A program made the position numbers and the translations under genes. Positions 26,636 to 40,727 of a stretch of 64,000 nucleotides of DNA are shown here, in pieces (position 1 is the stretch's first letter; the number at the start of each line of letters is the position of its first letter). Under the pieces are notes generated by a model. The model did not search any database. It was not told the DNA's origin and saw only the letters and a list, made by a program, of their open reading frames with translations. This stretch comes from Callorhinchus milii (Eukaryota): positions 3,534,001 through 3,598,000 of the forward strand of contig NW_024704771.1 of NCBI RefSeq assembly GCF_018977255.1, given 5' to 3'.

Positions 26636-27345
26636 CTATGAATATAAACAGAAATGAAATGATTTTACAAGATTATCAGTAATGTATAAATTATACATCT
26701 TATATATACGTTATAAGATGTACTTCAAAGCATGGGTGTGTTAGTCAGTTTATTTCACTAATATGGACACATCAACCCCATCCTCGCAAGGCTCCATTGG
26801 CTCCACGGCCTTGCTGCTTCCTACCCCTGGGACCTGCTAATCCCATAACGGCCTGTCTGCTCCCTCCTCTCAGCGAACTCTGGGCTGTTCCACGTCCCTC
26901 AACCTGCCTACCCCATCCTCGGTAGTTGAGCCTTCAGCCTTTCTGCCCCCATCCACTTGAACTCCATTCTACAATACCTTTGGCTCGTCCCAACCCTTGG
27001 CTCTTTCAAGGCCGTCTCAAGATCTTTCTCTTCAACCGTGCTTTCGGTCACCCTCCTACCCCACGCTCCCTGACTGCACCCCTCCTGATCCCAAATCCCA
27101 GCTGGGGTGCACATCCCTGATTGTTCAGAACCTTGGGATGTCCCCCCAACGTAAGTTCAAAGTCCGGATGTAGGCATGGACCCACAACCTTCTGACGCTG
27201 AGGCTACCAACTAAGCTCGGCTGGCACCCAAATTCATATGGAAATACAATGCTCCAAATTGTAAAATTTAAACAATAAAAAAAATGCATTCAAAATTGAA
27301 AGTAGTCCATGAAATGGTAACAGAATGCAAGAAAATGTTTACTAC

Positions 27346-27462
27346 CTTTGTATTTCTTTAGGCCGTGGAACATCATGAAGACAACTGCACCTAAGTTAAT
27401 TAGATTACTAACTAATGCGAAGACAGATGTTGACAGAATGTGACGATAAATAAACACAGCCC
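27346..27462 (-). CDS. Gene B TM1 exon (117 nt): gAVFIYRHILSTSVFALVSNLINLGAVVFMMFHGLKKYK
   Basis: TGTTTCAG acceptor, G|GTAGTA donor. Confidence 0.88.
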
Positions 27463-28693
27463 CTGAAACAGTAAGTTCATGTGAATTTATTTCAATTTTT
27501 TGAGAAGTTCTAAATATTTAAATTATGTTAAATTATTATTAAATTAAAAGGATGGCTGCATAACTAGAGTTTAGATGGTTAAGGGGTTATCTTATTGAGG
27601 TTGATAAAGGGACTTGATAGGGTAGTTACAGAGAAACTACTTCCTCTGGTGCATGGGGGTAATCCAGAATAAGGGGGCATTATTTTAAGATTAGAGAGAT
27701 GCCATTTAGGAGTGAAATTAGCAAGCATTTTTTCATGCAAACGATAGTGGAAGTCTGGAACTCTCGCCCCCGAAAGGATGGGGATGATGACTCTATTCAA
27801 ATTTTCAAGACTGAAATGGGCAGATTTTGTTAGATCAGGGAGTTTAGGGATATGGGGCAATGGTGAGTAAATGGAGCTGAGGTACAGGTCTGCCATGATC
27901 TGATAGAATGACGGAAAACACTTGAGGGGCTAAATGTCCTCCTCCTGTTCCTATGTTCCTATTGACAGGTAAATGGCAATTCACAAGATACTGCACAGAT
28001 AAAGTTCACGCATCCCAGCAAAGTAAAGAAAAAGAACACGATGATTGAATATATACTCTTTCTTTCCCGATTCCCAACTTGTCCAACAAGGAAATTCAGG
28101 CAACACACTACCCCCGAGCCAATCAGAAGGCGGTCACCAAATGGCTCAGGCTCGGCCTGGTAACGGGACTGGCGAATTAGAATAAAATATTGCTTTTTTT
28201 ATTTTTACACAGACGTTTCTCAAATCCGGCCTCCAGCACTCAGTAGTTGGAACCCCTGGTCCAATACCTTGTCCTTAAGACCCTCCACAGCCTTGTACCT
28301 CCCTACCTCTGCAACCCGCTTATCCCATATCAACCTCTCCTCTCCCACCACTCAGCATGCTGTTGCCTGCTCCTCGTACCCCACCCAGCCGTGTCCACCA
28401 TCGGCGGTCCAGCCTTCAGACTTTCTGCCCCCACGTTCTGGAACCCCATCCCACAGCCCCTCTGCCTCACCCTCTCCCTTGCCTCACAAAACAAAAAAAA
28501 ACCCTCCTCTTCGACCGCGCCTTTGGCCACCCTCCTACTCTCCCTGCACTCCACCACCCCAATCCCTACCCCCAGCTCGGCTTCAAATCGCTGACTATCC
28601 AGTGCCTTGGGAAACTCCTCCCGGTGTGAAATGCGCTATACAAATGTAATTTTTGTATTGTAATATAAAAATTAGATGGTTGTAAAAATGTAC

Positions 28694-28945
28694 CGTTGAC
28701 ACTGAGGAAGTGTGAGTTGTTGTTCTGGCTGACGTCGTTTTTGACAATACACGTGTACCAGCCACAGGCTTCTACGTCAGCTTGTGCAATGACCAATGTG
28801 CTTTGAAACATTGTACTGCTAACAACTTTATCTTCCTTTGTCCACCAGATTTCAGTGGCCTTTCCCTCTTTCTCGATACAATTCAATTGAACAAAGTCAG
28901 CTATGTACAAGGGATGTTGAAATATCATTGGCACAGACAAGCTTC
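28694..28945 (-). CDS. Gene B Ig C2 exon (252 nt)
   Basis: TTGATAG acceptor, G|GTACAT donor; C...W...ACGWYTCIVKNDVS. Confidence 0.92.
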
Positions 28946-29551
28946 CTATCAAGGAAATGGGTTGAAAAATTAATATGCATCATGCTCTTTAGGTAGGTTT
29001 CATGTGGTAAATTCCTTCACTTTATCACTTAAGCGGGCTATTGCGCAATTTTCAAAAATCAGATTAAAATCCTATAATATTTGTTGCATTTGAGTCGGGT
29101 GGGTTATAATCCTTGCATTTGATATAGCACTTTATCATGTTGTTGAGGTGGCTCAAAGTGCTTCACAGAATATACTGTAATGTGAACTCACGATATATTT
29201 TGTGGGCAAAAAGCAACAACCAAGCATACAGCAGTTTCCCACAAACAGTCGTGGATTGAGTTACTAAATCTTTTTTTGAAGGATTATCCCTGGAATGCGA
29301 TCGGTCAATTGACTAACTGGGATTGCTGGGATCCTACTTACTGCTAAGTAAACAGCGGTGTGGAGTAAGGAAACTTGCCTAAGATTTTGCCCCACCTGGG
29401 AATTGAACCTGGGTCCTCTCGCTTGTGAGGCGAGCGCGCTAACCACTATGTTACGGGACTCCGATATCAGAATATTGGAAGCATAAATATAATCCTCAGA
29501 ACACCAACTATGGACATAAACCAATGCAATATTTAAAGGTTTAACACTTAC

Positions 29552-29902
29552 GTTCAATTTTCAAGTATGTGTAACTAATACTTTCAATTTCATGGTTCCC
29601 GTTTCGCTGGTTCCATTTGAATGTAGTAGCCTTGTAAAGGCCGTGATCTATCATTTCTAAATTGTGTAGTTGAATTGTTCCATATTCATGGAAAAACTTA
29701 ATTCGATGCTTGTAATATTCAAAAACGTGTAGGTATTTGTGAGGACACTCATACTTCAGAATTTCCAATTCTTTCTCAGGATTTATATAGTTCCATGTGA
29801 CCAACTGTCTGGGTAAAAGCTTCGAGGTTCCAAATATAGTCAGTGAAATGGTGGAATGCAAAGGGGCAAACATATATTTTTCATTCTTCAACATAGGATT
29901 AC
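29552..29902 (-). CDS. Gene B Ig V exon (351 nt)
   Basis: TTTTGCAG acceptor, C|GTAAGT donor; GTIQLHNLEMIDHGLY motif. Confidence 0.92.
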
Positions 29903-32850
29903 CTGCAAAATTGACAAAAAAGAATTAATCGGTTGAGCTTAACATAAAAGCAAGGATATGATTGTGCTTTCTAAGATTCTAAATGGAATGGATAATGTAG
30001 ACCATGCTCAGCTGTCTTACCTGGTCCAGAACAGTAGGACCAGGGGTCATGGCCTACGATTGAAGGGGGTTAAATTCAAAACAAATCTGCGGAAACAATA
30101 TTTCAGTGAGCAAGTTGCAAATGTACTACTGCTCTCCAGGAAGATGGTGGAAGCAGAAAGTATTGATTCTTTCCAGAACAAACTTGGTAGATTTCTGTTA
30201 GGAAATAATATCTTGGGATACAGTTTATAGTTTGGGCCATGACACCTGCATGTGACTGGCAGGATGGCGGAAGGTGAGCTGGATGGACTTGGTCTTCAGA
30301 TAAATTCAATACAGATAAATTCAAGCAAGTAAAAATAGGAGGAACATATACTCCACGGATGGGATGGAACTTGGCAAGGGGGAAGCTGACATTAGAGGTA
30401 ACACTCACCAAGTCAAAATAGTATGATGGAGCAATAAAGAAGGCAAACAGGCTATATTGCCAAATCAGTTGAGTTTAGTTCCCCAGAAATTCTACTCTAA
30501 CCATATTCTGTTCTGGTCAGGTCACATGTACTATGGACAGTTCTGGTTGTCACAGGATAAAAGGGCTGGAAGAGAGCAATAAGGATGATCCCTATTTTTA
30601 GAATATGAGCTATGAGCAATGATCAAGGATGCACACTCCACCTCACTGAGCCAGTCCGGTATCTTGGTGTCATGTTTGACTCTCAACTATCCTTTCTACA
30701 CATTTGTGCCATTCTGCCTTACCCACCTCCGCAACATCACCCAGCTCTGCCACTGTTTCACACCGCAGGCCGCTGAAACCCTCCTACATACATTCATAAC
30801 ATCCAGGCATGACTTTGTAAACTTCCTGCTTGTTGGCCTTCCCAACTCCTCCCTCGATAGGCTGCAGAACATCCAGAACTCTGCAGCCTGTGTCCTCTTC
30901 CGCATCAGGCTCCGCGACCCTATCCACTCCACTGGCTTCCCATCACACCGAGGAACAGTTCAAGATTCTGATCCTCATCTCCAAAGCCGCCATCTCCTTG
31001 CGTCCTCCCTTACCGCTGCGACCTCCTAATTTCCTACCAATCTACCCATTCCCTCCGCTTAATGTAATTTTGTTGTTGTTGATCACACAAGTTAAGGACT
31101 TCCATTTGGAAAGAGACATCTCAGAGAGGACGCTATAGTATATAAATCGGTTTGAGAAAACAAAGATGAACAATACACTAAAACCTCAGCTAGCCAGACC
31201 AATGATTGTGGGAGAAGATAATATACTACTACTAATGATAATAATCTTTGCATTTGATAGAGCACCTTTTCATATCGTTGAGACATCTAAAAGCACTTCA
31301 CAGAATATACTGTAGTGTGTAAAGTGGAGTCCTGTAGCTCAGTGGTTAAAGCACTTGCCTGGCCTGAGTTTGATTCTCAGCAGAGCGAAACCTTGGACAA
31401 GTTTCCTTACTCCACATGCCTGATAATAATCCCTCAAGCAAAAAAACAAATACATTTGTCACTTTCATCCACAATTGTTTGTGGGACACTGCTGTGCGCA
31501 ATTGGCTGCCGCGTTTTGCCCACAAATATACAGTCAATTCATTTTACAGTGAAAAACACTATATCAAATGCAAAGTTTATTATTATTATTTTCACACAGT
31601 CTATTCTTCAGCAGCGCTTACCTGCAGCTTGGATTCTTCTACTTTTGTTTATGTTTTCCTAATGTTGCTCAACTGACTTGAAAATACGACTTCTGTTAAC
31701 TTGCAAATGCTTCAAATAAGAGTCACTTCTTGGATCAAACTGAACTCAGTCAAGATTTTGTATCCCATTCTTATCCAATATTTGTACCTTATGTACAAGG
31801 TACAAATATTGGATAATATTTGAGAGAATCGCCCTCTGAATGGCCTCTATACAACAACAACAAATTACACTTGTATAGCACCTTTCACATTGGTAGGCCC
31901 TGGACAGTCGGGGATTTTTTTACACTCAAACTGTGGTCTTGGATCAGTAGGGCTGGAGGTGTGGAGGAAGTCCTTAAGACCGGCCTTGAAAGAGACAAGG
32001 TAAGAGGCAAGATGTAGGGATTGTGGGACAGAGTTTGAAAGGTGGGGGCAGAGAGGCTGAAGGCCAGACTGCTAATGGTGGGCAGGGCAAGGGACACGGA
32101 GCAGTCCGAAGCCCACTGAGCAGAGGAAGCCCCAGGTCTCGAGTGCACTAGAAGAAGTGGACCGGCGGGAGGTTTTTTTCAAATTTCCAGACCCGATCAA
32201 GCTAATACAATATATTCTGTGACGTGTTTGAGATGACTCAATAAGGCGTTAAATCAAACCTTCCAGGGTTACCTAATTTACAATGAACTTACTGTGGAAG
32301 GAAGCATGTGTGAAGTATCATCACAAGTGGGAATATGATAATAATAATCCTTGCATTTGATATAGCGCTACATCATATCTTCTAGACATCTCAAAGCACT
32401 CCACAGGATACACCGTGGAGACCTGGAGGTCGGTGGTGAGAGGGCTCGCTTTGCAAGCAAGAGGCCTGGGTTCGGTGAAATCGGAGGGTGAAACCTTGGG
32501 CAAGTTTACGTACTCCAAATGCCGATAATAATCCGTCAAGGAAAAAAAAAAACAATAAATTGGTCATTTCAATCTACGACTGTTTGTGGGACACTGCCGT
32601 GCGCAATTCACTGCCACATTTCGCCCACAAATATACAGTCAATTTGCTTTAGTCTATTCTGTGAAGCACTTTGAGACGTCTAAAAGCGCTCTATCAAATG
32701 CAAGGATTACTATTATTATTATTATACCGTAAAGTGAATTGACTGTACATTTTGTGGGGAAGGAAGACACGTGGACAAAACTTGATGGATTTACAAATTT
32801 GGTCCATTTTAATCTGACCCCCACCAGCCCCCACCCCTCGCTCACCCCGA

Positions 32851-33062
32851 TTGTGGCTGTGCTGTAGTTTTGCTGTAGCTGTGGCTGTAGTTGTGCTGTA
32901 GTTGTGCTGTGGCTGTGCTGTAGTTGTGCTGTAGTTGTGCTGTAGCTGTGGCTGTAGTTGTGGCTGTGCTGTAGTTGTGCTGTGAATGTGCTGTAGTTGT
33001 GCTGTGGCTGTAGTTGTGCTGTAGCTGTGGCTGTAGTTGTGCTGTAGCTGTGCAGTGGCTGT
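32851..33062. repeat. Same microsatellite in gene B intron 1
   Basis: Directly visible. Confidence 0.95.
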
Positions 33063-33071
33063 GCCGCTTAC

Positions 33072-33114
33072 CCTGAGGCGCCAGGAGGAGCAGGAGAGCG
33101 GCTGTGAGCAACAT
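33072..33114 (-). CDS. Gene B leader exon MLLTAALLLLLAPQ
   Basis: Identical to the gene A leader exon and donor. Confidence 0.88.
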
Positions 33115-33590
33115 TCCCGCTGCCTGACTCCAGGGCGAGGGACAAGTCACAAGATGGCGCCCAACGGCAACTCCGCCCTTTTAACGGCCACAGTTCAAAA
33201 CGAAAGACAAACAAAGCGGCGACTGGCGCCGCTGTCCGGCTCTCTGGCCCCCGCCCCGCCCCGCCCCGCCCGGGGGCCGCTCGCTCGGTAACGCCGACTC
33301 CGCCCGTTCCGCCGCCTTCAGTTCGGCTCCGAAGCCGCTTCTCCTTCGCCTCTGACAACGGTGTCAGTTTGTCCGCCTCCCGTCCCCCTCCGCGCTCACT
33401 CACTCACTGCGCAGGCGCCGCACCGCCCGTCCCCCGCGCTCACTCACTGCGCAGGCGCCGCACCGCCCGTCCCCGCGCTCACTCACTGCGCAGGCGCCGC
33501 ACCGCCCGTCCCCCCGCGCTCACTCACTGCGCAGGCGCCGCACCGCCCGTCCCCGCGCTCAGTCACTGCGCAGGCGCCGCACCTCCCTGA
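33115..33590 (-). promoter_or_regulatory. Gene B CpG promoter cassette with five NRF1-type sites
   Basis: Same core as gene A; TGCGCAGGCGC x5. Confidence 0.75.
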
Positions 33591-34138
33591 CACTGAGTGT
33601 CACACACTCTGACCCAGACAGTGAGTGAGTGTCACACACTCTGACCCAGACAGTGAGTGAGTGTCACACACTCTGATCCAGACAGTGAGTGAGTGTCACA
33701 CACTCTGACCCAGACAGTGAGTGAGTGTCACACACTCTGACCCAGACAGTGAGTGTCACACACTCTGACCCAAACACTGAGTGTCACACACTCTGACCCA
33801 GACAGTGAGTGAGTGTCACACACTCTGACCCAGACACTGAGTGTCACACACTCTGACCCAGACACTGAGTGTCACACACTCTGACCCAGACACTGAGTGT
33901 CACACACTCTGACCCAGACACTGAGTGTCACACACTCTGACCCAGACACTGAGTGTCACACACTCTGACCCAGACACTGAGTGTCACACACTCTGACCCA
34001 GACAGTGAGTGAGTGTCACACACTCTGACCCAGACAGTGAGTGAGTGTCACACACTCTGACCCAGACAGTGAGTGAGTGTCACACACTCTGACCCATACA
34101 GTGAGTGAGTGTCACACACTCTGACCCAGACAGTGAGT
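33590..34138. repeat. 27/31-nt minisatellite (GAGT)GAGTGTCACACACTCTGACCCAGACA(C/G)T
   Basis: About 19 tandem units. Confidence 0.95.
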
Positions 34139-34749
34139 GAGGCTGGTGATCAGTGTGAGAGCGTCTCCCACACTCTTGTTTTGACCCTCTTCCTTGTCCC
34201 CGAACACTCTGCCCCATCATCGGCGGCTGTGGTTTTAGCCACTGCGTCACGAAGCTGTGGAACTGTCATCCTCAAAGCCTCCACCTTGCCCCCTCTTTCC
34301 CGTGTTCAGATCACACTTGAAGACCCTCCTGATCTGCCCCCCCCCCCCCCCCCGCTCCCTGACTTGGCATCGGGCTCCACCACTGTTAAGCCGTCCGTCC
34401 GGCATGAGAGACTCTAAATGTGGGTGAACTTTTTGTCCTTTGCAGAATTTGGAAGGATAGACCACTCTTGCTTCTATTTACACTACAACAACAACAACAA
34501 GATACCATTTATTGAGCGCCTTTCAAATACACCAGATCCATAGGTCTCATCAGGAGACATCCCAGGCGCTGACAGTTGGGTCAGACCGAGCAGGGGGAAG
34601 GAGGGGAGGGAGGGGGGAGCAGGGGGGAAATGGTCAGGGGAGGGGGGAGGGAGGGGAAAGGTCAGGGGGGGGGAAGGGGGAGCGAGGAGGGAAGGAGTCG
34701 AGAGGGAGCGAAGGCCGTCAGGAGGTGGAGGGGGAGGGGGAGCGCGAGC

Positions 34750-34750
34750 A

Positions 34751-34837
<87 letters not shown>

Positions 34838-34856
34838 AAGGGGGGGGGGGGGGGGA
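34750..34856. repeat. Near-pure poly-G run, probably an artefact
   Basis: About 100 G inside a garbled L2 tail. Confidence 0.8.
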
Positions 34857-35825
34857 GGGAAGGGAGGGAGCGAGGAGGGGGTAGAGAGTCGAGAGGGGAG
34901 CTGAAGGCACTAGAAGTCAAACCTGAATTGTAGGGTAGTCCCAGCTGGACATGCAGCTCGGAGTTTGTTGGACAAGGAACGATTTTAGGAACCAGGCAGG
35001 AAGATTAAGGGGCAGGTTTTTATTTTCAGACATGACATTCAAATATATAATAATCCTTTATTATGTCTATAATCTATAGTATAGAGCCTTATGAAATCTC
35101 AGTGATGTGATGAAGTGCTCTGTGTATAATAATCCTTGCTTTTGACAAGGTGCCTTATCACCTCATCGAAACAGCTCAAAGCGCTTCACAGAATATATTG
35201 TATAGTGCAGTGACTCTGTATTTGTGGGAAAAATGCGGTTTCTTATTTAGTTTATTTTTTATTTCTTTAGTTTTTATTTGTTTATTTGCTTTGAAAATCA
35301 AACATAAGGTTTATTAGTGTTATTGGGTACCATATAGTTTTCAAATCCTATATTTAGCATTGAATACATTTTCCCCTTGTTAAAAAAACAAATGGCATTT
35401 GGTAAAAGACTTTAGATTGTATGTCCACACATGAACAAAACAAAACGTTGAACACTTTCAAACAACAAAAACAGAAACTTGCATTTATATAGCACCTTCA
35501 CGCAGGGTAGCATCCCAGAGTGCTTGGATTTTGCTACAACTAAGATAAATTTATACACGCGCACACATTTATATTACATAGTGGAGTCCTCTTTAGCTGG
35601 ATGCCAGTTATCCCCGGACGCTGCATAGAATGCCCAGCCCTGATTCATTACCTGTTTTAAAACCCCCCCCCGTTAATGCAGATGTTAATTCAGGCAAAAT
35701 AACGCGCTGGTCGCTGGTTACTGTTGAATATACTCACTCGGGCTTTCATTGTTCTCAAGTGGCTCCATTCAGCCACAAGCAGCTCCAAGATAGAGATGAG
35801 AGGAGTTACATTGTGATTGACAATG

Positions 35826-36000
35826 AACCCAGACAGTGAGTGAGTGTCGTACACTCTGACCCTGACAGTGAGTATCATATACTCTGACCCAGACGTGAGT
35901 GTCCCACACTCTGACCCAGACAGCGAGTGAGTGTCCCACACTCTGACCCAGACAGCGAGTGAGTGAGTGTCCCACATTCTGACCCAGACAGTGAGTGTCC
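35826..36000. repeat. Second, degenerate array of the same minisatellite
   Basis: CTCTGACCCAGACAGCGAGTGAGTGTCCCACA units. Confidence 0.9.
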
Positions 36001-37376
36001 CAATGAGATGACACCTTTTGGAGCCGGCAATAATTAGTCGCCTTCCCGTCCAACGGTAATGGCAATGGAGGGAAGAGGCACTCAGCAGAGGAGATGGTGG
36101 GAAGAGAAGAAAAAGGTTAAGAACCTTGGTTACCGGACACCGGGTAAATCAGACAAGGCTCCCTGCCCCATGTATCTGGCTAAAGCGGATTCTGCTGTAC
36201 ATAGGCATTTTTTCGGTTCTTTGTATCATTAATCCCCAAAGAGCAGTCTTCCATTTGCATTTGCTGCATTTCCTGCTTGGAGATGAATGATCCAATTCCC
36301 ACTTCTTAGGTGGCGATACCATTTTCATGTTTAGTAGGTCTTGCTATCAGCTGTGGCTATCTGTTGCTCACCTCTCCACACAACCAAAGTAATATTCGTA
36401 ATTGAAGCCTAGAAAAGCAGTCTAATTTGAGAAGTTCAATCTGATAAATATTTTTCTGATTCCATTTCTGCTCACTCACAACAACAACTTGTACTTATAC
36501 AGCACCCTCCAGGCAGGGTAGCGTCTCAGAGCGCTTAACAGTGACGGAGCCTGACTACGAGTCAGGGAGGGGGCGAGGTGGCGATAAGTACGGTTGAAGA
36601 GGAAGATTTTCAGGTGAGACTTGAAACAGGGAAGACAGAAGGCAAGGTGGATGGATTGAGGGAGTGTTCCAGAGTTTCGGGGTGCAGTGGTCGAAAGCAC
36701 AACCTCCAATGGTGGGTCAGAGGATGCGAGCGACCGCTGCAAGGGAGAGTGAAGGGATTTGAACACGATGTTAGGATCTTGAAGTTGATCCATTCAGTAA
36801 TTGGGAGCCAATGGAGCCTGGCCAAAACTGGCGAGATGTGGGTACGGAGTTTGGTTCAGGTAAGTGTGCGGGCAGCAGAGTTCTGAATGAGCTGGATCTT
36901 TTGAATAGTGGAGCTCAGGAGACCGGAGAGGAGTGCATTTGAGTAATTCAGGTGGGAGGTGAAACGCATGCACAAGGGTTTTGCAGCATTTGGGGTAAGG
37001 TGCGACCGCAAGGGAGGTCGTGAAGGGTGGAAGAACGCGGTCCTAACACTTGCCCAACATTTTGCCCAACATTTTGCCCTGCAGGGAATCGAGCAAGTGC
37101 TCTAACTACTAAGCTATAGGATCCCACACATTGTCAAAATAAACAAAATTAAATGACTTCCACCTTCAAAATGAAAACTTGTTTTGCATTTTGGAGATCT
37201 TTACTTAAATGGCCACTCAATGAATACAAAAACAGATTTTCATCTTAAAATTGTTCAAGCTAGCCATAACATTGATGAGATCTTTAATTAATAGCCGTAT
37301 CCTCTTCCTAAAAGTGAAAATTGCTTTGTATATTTTACCTTCAGAATAAGTCGTGCTACTAAAACCACAGGGATGT

Positions 37377-37417
37377 TCATTTTCTGAAGTGTTTGATGGG
37401 ATGCTGCCATTCCTGCA
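37377..37417 (-). CDS. Gene C candidate terminal coding exon: mQEWQHPIKHFRK*
   Basis: GATTTGCAG acceptor; stop at the same position as the homologous exon in D; alternative frame or acceptor possible. Confidence 0.55.
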
Positions 37418-38032
37418 CTGCAAATCAAATCACAAGCATTCAAAATAAAGTTCTGTTCCAACAGTTCACTGAAAAGTTTGTTATTTGAACTGTTATAAAG
37501 GTTTAAGGGATTATAGGGATTATTAGGGCCAAGCATTAATTAATGACACCACTTGAAAAGAGAATAGGGTTTCTAGTGGGCAGGACAGGCAAGGTGGAGG
37601 GATCGGAGAGTGTTCCAAAGCTTCATGGTGTAGTGGCTGAAAGTATAGCCACTGATAGTGGAGCGAAGGCGACAAGGGACGAGCAGGAAGCCAGAGCCAA
37701 CTGAAGAAAAAGTGGGTAGTGGAGTGGGGGGGAAAGAGGGTAAGAAAGGGGGCAAGATACTAGGGCATGAAGGGATTTGTAGACGAGTATGAGGATCTTG
37801 AAATCAATCCATTCTTTACTAGGGGAGCAGTGGAACACGGTGAGGACTGGTGTGATGGGGGTATGGAGCGTGGGTGGGTATATGGGCAGCAGAGTTTGTG
37901 GGTAGTGGAGCTGGGGGAACTGATAAAAACTAATTTCCCACAGATATAGTCGAGAAACGATTGTGTTCATATACAGTTTCTATTTCTGTGAAATATCAAG
38001 GTGGAAATTTGTTTATAATGATTATTACTTAC

Positions 38033-38140
38033 TCCATTTCACAACTATCGTACAGAGTATTCCTACAGCAACCAAGAAGACAACGATTGCGATAGTAGCG
38101 ACAACTGCCAGTGTAGAGAATGGGACCTTACACATATTCA
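38033..38140 (-). CDS. Gene C TM5 exon (108 nt): mNMCKVPFSTLAVVATIAIVVFLVAVGILCTIVVKW
   Basis: TCTGTCTGCAG acceptor, A|GTAAGT donor. Confidence 0.88.
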
Positions 38141-39132
38141 CTGCAGACAGAAACACAAGTCTGAATTACAAATTACATAAAGGATCACATGACGTTTCGC
38201 CCCCAAAATACACAGTCAATCTACTTTATAATAAATTCTATGCAGCGCTTTGAGATGTCTCAAATATGTAATAAGGCGCTATATCAAATGCAAGGATTAC
38301 TATTATTTTAAGCAAGAAGGTGCCAGTGAAGGTGCCACTTGCACTTGAGTGTGAAGAAATTGAGATCTTGAGAAAGATAATTCTGAGACAGAAACCAGTG
38401 GAGTCTGGTGAAAACCGGGATGATGAACATGTGGAACTTCATGTGGGTGAGGCATTAGGTAGTGGAGGTTTGTATAACATGTGCTAAAAAACAAAAGGTA
38501 AAATACTGCAGATGCTGGAAATCTGAAATAAGAACAGAAGTCTCTGGGCACACTCAGCAGGTCAGCCAGCATCTATGGAGAGAGGAAAGTGGGTTAACAT
38601 TTCAGGTTATCAGAATATACTAGGGCATGAATGGATTTGTGGACAAGTGAGAGAATCTTGAAATCGATCAACTGGAAGGGAGCCGCTTACAATAATAATC
38701 CTTGTTTGTTTACATAGCGCCTTATCAAGTCTTAACGATGTCTCAAAGTGCCTCACAGAACATACTGTAAAGTGAATTCACTGCATATTTTGTGGGCAAA
38801 ATGCGGCAGCCAATTGCGCACGGTAGTGTCCCACAAATAGTCATGGATTGAGTGACCAATTTTTTTTTAAGAAATTGTAACCTCCAGAAGCAATCCGCCA
38901 ATCGACTAACAAACGGGTTCCTACTTACTGCTATATAAACAGAGACAAACAGGAGGAGGTGGGGAAAGAAAAAGGAAGAAATTAGGTGGAGAAACACGAT
39001 CAGGAGATGACGAGATCATAGGTGTTCATGGTGAAAAACAAAAGGCAATAGTGGAAAATATAGAAAGAAAGTGTGCACCTGAGACCCAGATGTGCCAAGT
39101 TCAATGTTTTTCACTTATTTCAAAATACTCAC

Positions 39133-39213
39133 TGTTTTGTTTTGCTTTATAAATCGGGATAAATGAAATGAACACAGCAATTACTTCATATACTAGAATG
39201 GTATTACGATGAT
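39133..39213 (-). CDS. Gene C TM4 exon (81 nt): hHRNTILVYEVIAVFISFIPIYKAKQN
   Basis: TCATCACAG acceptor, A|GTGAGT donor. Confidence 0.87.
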
Positions 39214-40727
39214 CTGTGATGAATAAAATTTGAATAACCATAAGAGAGAAAATGGGGAATGGCGAACAAGGGGGCATCACCTTAAAATTAGAGCTAGGCC
39301 GTTCAGAAAGCATTTTTTCAAGCAAACAGTAGTGGAAATCTGGAACTCCCCCAAAATGCTGTGGATGCGGGATGTATTCAATTTTTCAAGACTAGGGCAG
39401 ACAGATTTTTGCTAGGTTGGGGTATCAAAAGCAAGGTATTTGGAGTTGATCTACAGAATGATCGAATAGAGTGGTGAACAGGCTCGAGGGCCTCAGTGGC
39501 CTCCTGCTGTTCCTATGTTCCAATTACATGCTATGCATGCAAGTCGGTATCTTGGTTTCTATCACTCCAAATAGTTCTTTGTGCCCAAGTTATACAACCT
39601 TTGTCAAATACAACTGCTCATCATACGTAGTTGGATTTTGTGATGGTCAGCCGGGTGTCTGACACATGCGGAAACCCATCACCATGCTCAAGAGTCTCCA
39701 GACCAAGCTGAGATTTCCATGAATCCCACACACGTGGAGATCCCAGAGTTAGATTGTTGGAGTGGAATGTGCACTCTTTCCCTGGAGGGGCGCATGCTGC
39801 TTACCTAATCCTGGAAAGTATTAGGCTATTAGGTGCAGGTTGGCAAGAGCCAAGGCTTGAGGACCCGAGTGTGCACTGGAGTCTAACCATCTAAATCTGC
39901 ATTGCTTGCCATTGATATTGCTATCTGGCAAGCTTTCCTGATGCTTGTCCTGCTAAGACCACCCCACTCATTGGCTAAAGGGTTGACAGGAGCAGAGTAG
40001 AAGGATTCCCTACCCCCAGTGACAGGTCTGCCCTTCCAAATCCTGCTGATAAGGATTTGGGCTCTGCTGTCATCACCAGTGCCTTGGAATACTGTGAACC
40101 TGTTCAGTTCCTGAGATATAGTTGGAGAGCATATAAATCTGCATTAAAATTCCCCTTTTGAGAAAACATCACCAATAGGGAGGAGTAAACAGTGAGAACA
40201 AACTATGGTAAATCTGAGAGATAAATCTAAGGAATAGATTTCCTGGGCAGACGGTGGAAGCAGAAAGTGTCAATTCATCAAATGCAAATTCAATAGATTT
40301 CTTTCAGAAGATAATATTTGGGGATACGGTATAGGAGTAATTTGAGACATGACAAGTATAATAAGCTTAGAAGAACCAGACAACTTTGGATCTGAGGTTC
40401 CCAGAGCTTCCCGCTGAGATGGTGGACTAATCCATACAGAATTAATTGCTATCAACATCTCCATTATTGTGGTATGCGACTACTAGAAGGCAGACTAGAT
40501 GGACCTTGTTCTGTTTTCATCTCGCAACCCCTCCACCCTTTCGTCCCCATTTTCAAATCCCAACTAAAGACCTTTGTTTTTGATCGTGCTCATGGTCACC
40601 TCTTCACTCCTACTCCCCTCGGCTCATTGTCAGACGCCGCCGCGAAGTGCTCTGGGATGAAGGACACTGTCCAAATGAAAGCAGTTGTATGTTTCCATGT
40701 TGATATTCAAGTATGAAAATAACTTAC

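Larger units (their letters stand above)
18192..33114 (-). other. Gene B span: leader-V-C2-5xTM-tail (about 415 aa if the 18192-18256 exon is terminal)
   Basis: Nine exons in frame; exon lengths 43/351/252/117/102/129/81/108/65. Confidence 0.85.

Noticed and set aside
34483-34920. Poly-Pro and poly-Gly ORFs
   Set aside because: Translations of the poly-G run, which is probably an artefact
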